A stretch of DNA of 64,000 nucleotides, taken from the NCBI RefSeq assembly GCF_003704095.1, contig NW_020844174.1, forward strand, positions 186,001 through 250,000, given 5' to 3'. The notes beneath the pieces are model-generated. The model was given only the letters and a program-made list of their open reading frames with translations. It searched no databases and had not been told where the DNA came from. Shown here one piece after another: positions 61,301-64,000 of the stretch. The first letter of the stretch is position 1, and each line of letters begins with the position of its first letter. A program made the position numbers and the translations under genes. The DNA is from Pocillopora damicornis (lineage: Eukaryota).

Positions 61301-64000
61301 GAAACCCTAATTACGGTACGTGTTCTCATTTCCCACGTCATACCTTAGGGTCCTGCTTGGAAACTCTCACTTTCATTATTTCCAGAGAATACTCAAATGC
61401 CTGCAAAGCAAACTTAAGATATGAATATTCTACCCAAAGATACGAAACGAATGCATAGGACATCTTAAATCCATTGGAATGAACTGGAATATTTATCACC
61501 TTCCTGGCCAAATAGTTCCTTTCATTGTCCCTCAAGTATTTCCTGACCAAAATTAAAAGAGAAACGATGCTGAGGTTAGTCAGGCTGAAAAACACCATCC
61601 ACAGGAAACCTTCAGGTAGCTTCTAATACGAAATTTCCAACCAAAAATTTTAGATGCGAGCATTTATCAACAGTTTCCGCGACTTACTTGCCCGCCTCCG
61701 GTGTTCGATAAAGAAGAGCCTGAATGAGTAACAACGTGTCCCACTCGTTTAACTCGCGGAGAACTTCCAGCATCAAAGCTACTGACTTATAGGTGTGTGT
61801 GCAAAAACATCCCGGCCTGCAGTGAAATATCATTGGTTAGAATGAAAAGAAATAACATCCAGGAGACCAAAAGATTCAAACAGGGGTCAAACAGATGAGT
61901 CTCCGAACCGACACCACTGAGACAAAGAATGTGTAGAAAAATAAATAAATGACTAAATAATTGAACGTTAAAAAGCGTCATTCGAATCAAACATCTTAGA
62001 CGTTATCACATTATTATCATATTTTAAACGGTGACCTATTTCAATACCTGTCTATATCTTCTTCTGGAATTCTCCAAAAGGCCTGTTAGAAAAAAAACAA
62101 ACAAAAAACCAGTCTTTAATATATTTTACCTGCCGTGTGAGCTCACTTTGGAAAAGAGTGAAAGTCTGGGAACGAGAGTCACCGCGCAAGCGTTTATGGG
62201 ATTATTTTGTAGAGGGGATGCTCAAAACTTTTAAGACAGGGATGACATGTATACGACTATGACTTCGTTTCTGCAGTTTTCAAAAGTAAATGAAATAATT
62301 AAAAATCAAACAAAAATAGTTTACGATCCTTTTGAAAGCAGAAATTAGTGTCTTTTACAGGAAAACCCTCCACTGAAAATTGTCAGCAGTCTCGCTTGAT
62401 TTAATGTTTTCGTTAAATTACCGGACAGAAAGTGACAAAAGAATAAATCAGTACCATAAAGATTACTGTAAGCAACTCAAACTCCTTACCGAGAACAGGT
62501 TTGTTTTGCTTTTCTCGTTGAAAAGTCCTTGAGGCGGGAAGGGAAACGTCTTGCACTGTCTTGTATTGCTGCCTAACAGTAAATCACGACAGACACTGGT
62601 TTCCTACCAGGAACACAATGACTACTTTAATGCAATGTAATGATTAAAAAACCAGAAATTATTGCGTCTTTTTTATGTTCAAGGAAGACTCGTAAAACCC
62701 ACGCCAGCCAACAGTGCGAATTTCGAAGAGACAACAAGACAAAAGATTGCGTTACCTTATGCTCAGAAGAGTAGTAGTAGACATAAGCCAGGCGATAGCG
62801 CGACTTGTGATGCTGAGAAAACCGCCGAAGACAATACTCAAGAGCACGAATACAGAGATCCATGAGTTCTCTCTTCTTTGCCTGCTGTTCCTCTGTCAAT
62901 GGCAGCTTCGTGTTCTCCATCGGTGTCACGCTAGAAGCGGAAACTCCAGCGGGGTCAGTAGTCGGTGTCACAGAGACAGCAGGAGGCGTCTCTGTCACTG
63001 GTTCATCAGGCGATGTTGATAAAATTGCACTGGTATTTTCCGTCATTTCAACATTTTCTGTACCATGAGTAGGAATATCCTCAGTCTCCATCTTTTCTGG
63101 TTTACTGTTGACCTCAGTGTCTTCATTCGACGTAATCTCTTTATCCGTTTTGATTTCTGTATCTTCGAAATTTAGAGTGGACTCAACTGCTTCTTGAGTT
63201 TCCTGGTCAGCAGAGCTTTCCTCCAGTTTATCGAGACTCTTAACATTTTCTTCTTCATCCTTGAGTTTGTTTTCCAAGCACGTGACCGATTCCTGTTCCC
63301 CGGCATGCTCAACTTCCATACCCGTTTCCCCTACACCTTCTTCCGCATTTAACTCTTCAACAGTTTTCCCATCACCAATTACATCTGAGCCAGCTAAAGA
63401 TAGCTCGGTATCTTTGGAACTTTCCATTTCTTCCTCACCCTTGGCACATTGATCAGCATACTTAGAATCATTTTTTTCCGAGGCTTGAAAAGCTTGTTTT
63501 GTTTCCAAGCTCTCGCGCTGCTCATTAGAACTAACTTCTAAAGGGGTCTGGGAACTATCCGTGGTCTCCTCTGCAGGTGTAAACCTGCTCGGTTCATTAC
63601 TCAAGTCAACTTCCATCGGCGTCGGGTCCAAGGATTGTTCACTTTGCGAACCTGCCTCAACTTTGTTTGTTGAGACTGTAGGGGCTTCCGCAGCGGAAAC
63701 CTCCCGGGTGGCGATTTTATGTTCTTCTGCAATGTTACCCTCTGCTTGAGGCGGATTGAAGTCTTCACCTTGTCGGGGCTCAGGAGAAATTACAGAATTG
63801 GCTACACCACTAGCCTCAGAAGACTTTGGCTCGCTTTGCTTAGTGTCTTCGAAAACGCTACTTGACAAAGATTCTACGACACGACAACAAAAGAGTTCAG
63901 AGACAAGTAGGTTATTGCCCCATGTTTCCTGAGCCCTTAGGCATTTTTGGAAGTTATCCTTTAGCTCCACGCTGAGCCTCGTTTCATCAAAGAAACGACT
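58317..64000 (-). CDS. CABIN1: Calcineurin-binding protein cabin-1, 3' portion (continues past the window end)
   Basis: Exons >64000-62756, 62603-62490, 62082-62048, 61816-61688, 61542-61500, 61400-61344, ~60755-60672, ~60392-60342, ~59245-59148, 58886-58317. Motifs CLRRFSQHHKSRYRLAY, QGLFNEKSKTNLF, WRIPEEDIDRPGCF and LYRTPEAGKKYLRDNERNYLA match the CABIN1 C-terminus. One small exon between 60342 and 59245 was not resolved. Confidence 0.88.
59503..59830. repeat. Three head-to-tail copies of a 109-bp unit in a CABIN1 intron
   Basis: Units start at ~59503, 59612 and 59721 (GAATTTCTTAAGTCAAGAGATGCGCATGCTC...CAAAATGGCTACC), with few substitutions. Confidence 0.95.

Overview
AT-rich eukaryotic (metazoan) genomic DNA with GT-AG spliced genes. 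The repeat families and gene content suggest a cnidarian, probably a stony coral (inference). Gene order: MNT-like bHLH-Zip repressor (-), TMEM248-like (+), intronless Tim21-like gene (-) head-to-head with VPS33A (+), three intronless paralogous ARM-TIR-SAM genes, HGH1 (-) head-to-head with a 13-exon YMR196W/GH63-like glycosidase (+), and the 3' part of CABIN1 (-). The most notable feature is the ARM-TIR-SAM cluster. These proteins use the SARM1 domain set in a permuted order, retain the candidate catalytic TIR glutamate, carry an N-myristoylation-type start in two copies, and have a hypervariable N-terminal helical region next to a conserved TIR/SAM. At least two copies appear to be nested antisense in VPS33A intron 10. 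VPS33A exons 11-14 lie on the opposite strand in a contig bounded by two 100-N gaps, which is probably mis-oriented; one of these exons has a 1-nt frameshift and the last exons are missing. The window also holds many MITEs (TTAA-flanked piggyBac-like families), SINEs, a deleted BEL/Pao LTR element with a 5-bp TSD, and tandem repeats. Gene identities rest on recognition of family motifs, not database searches.
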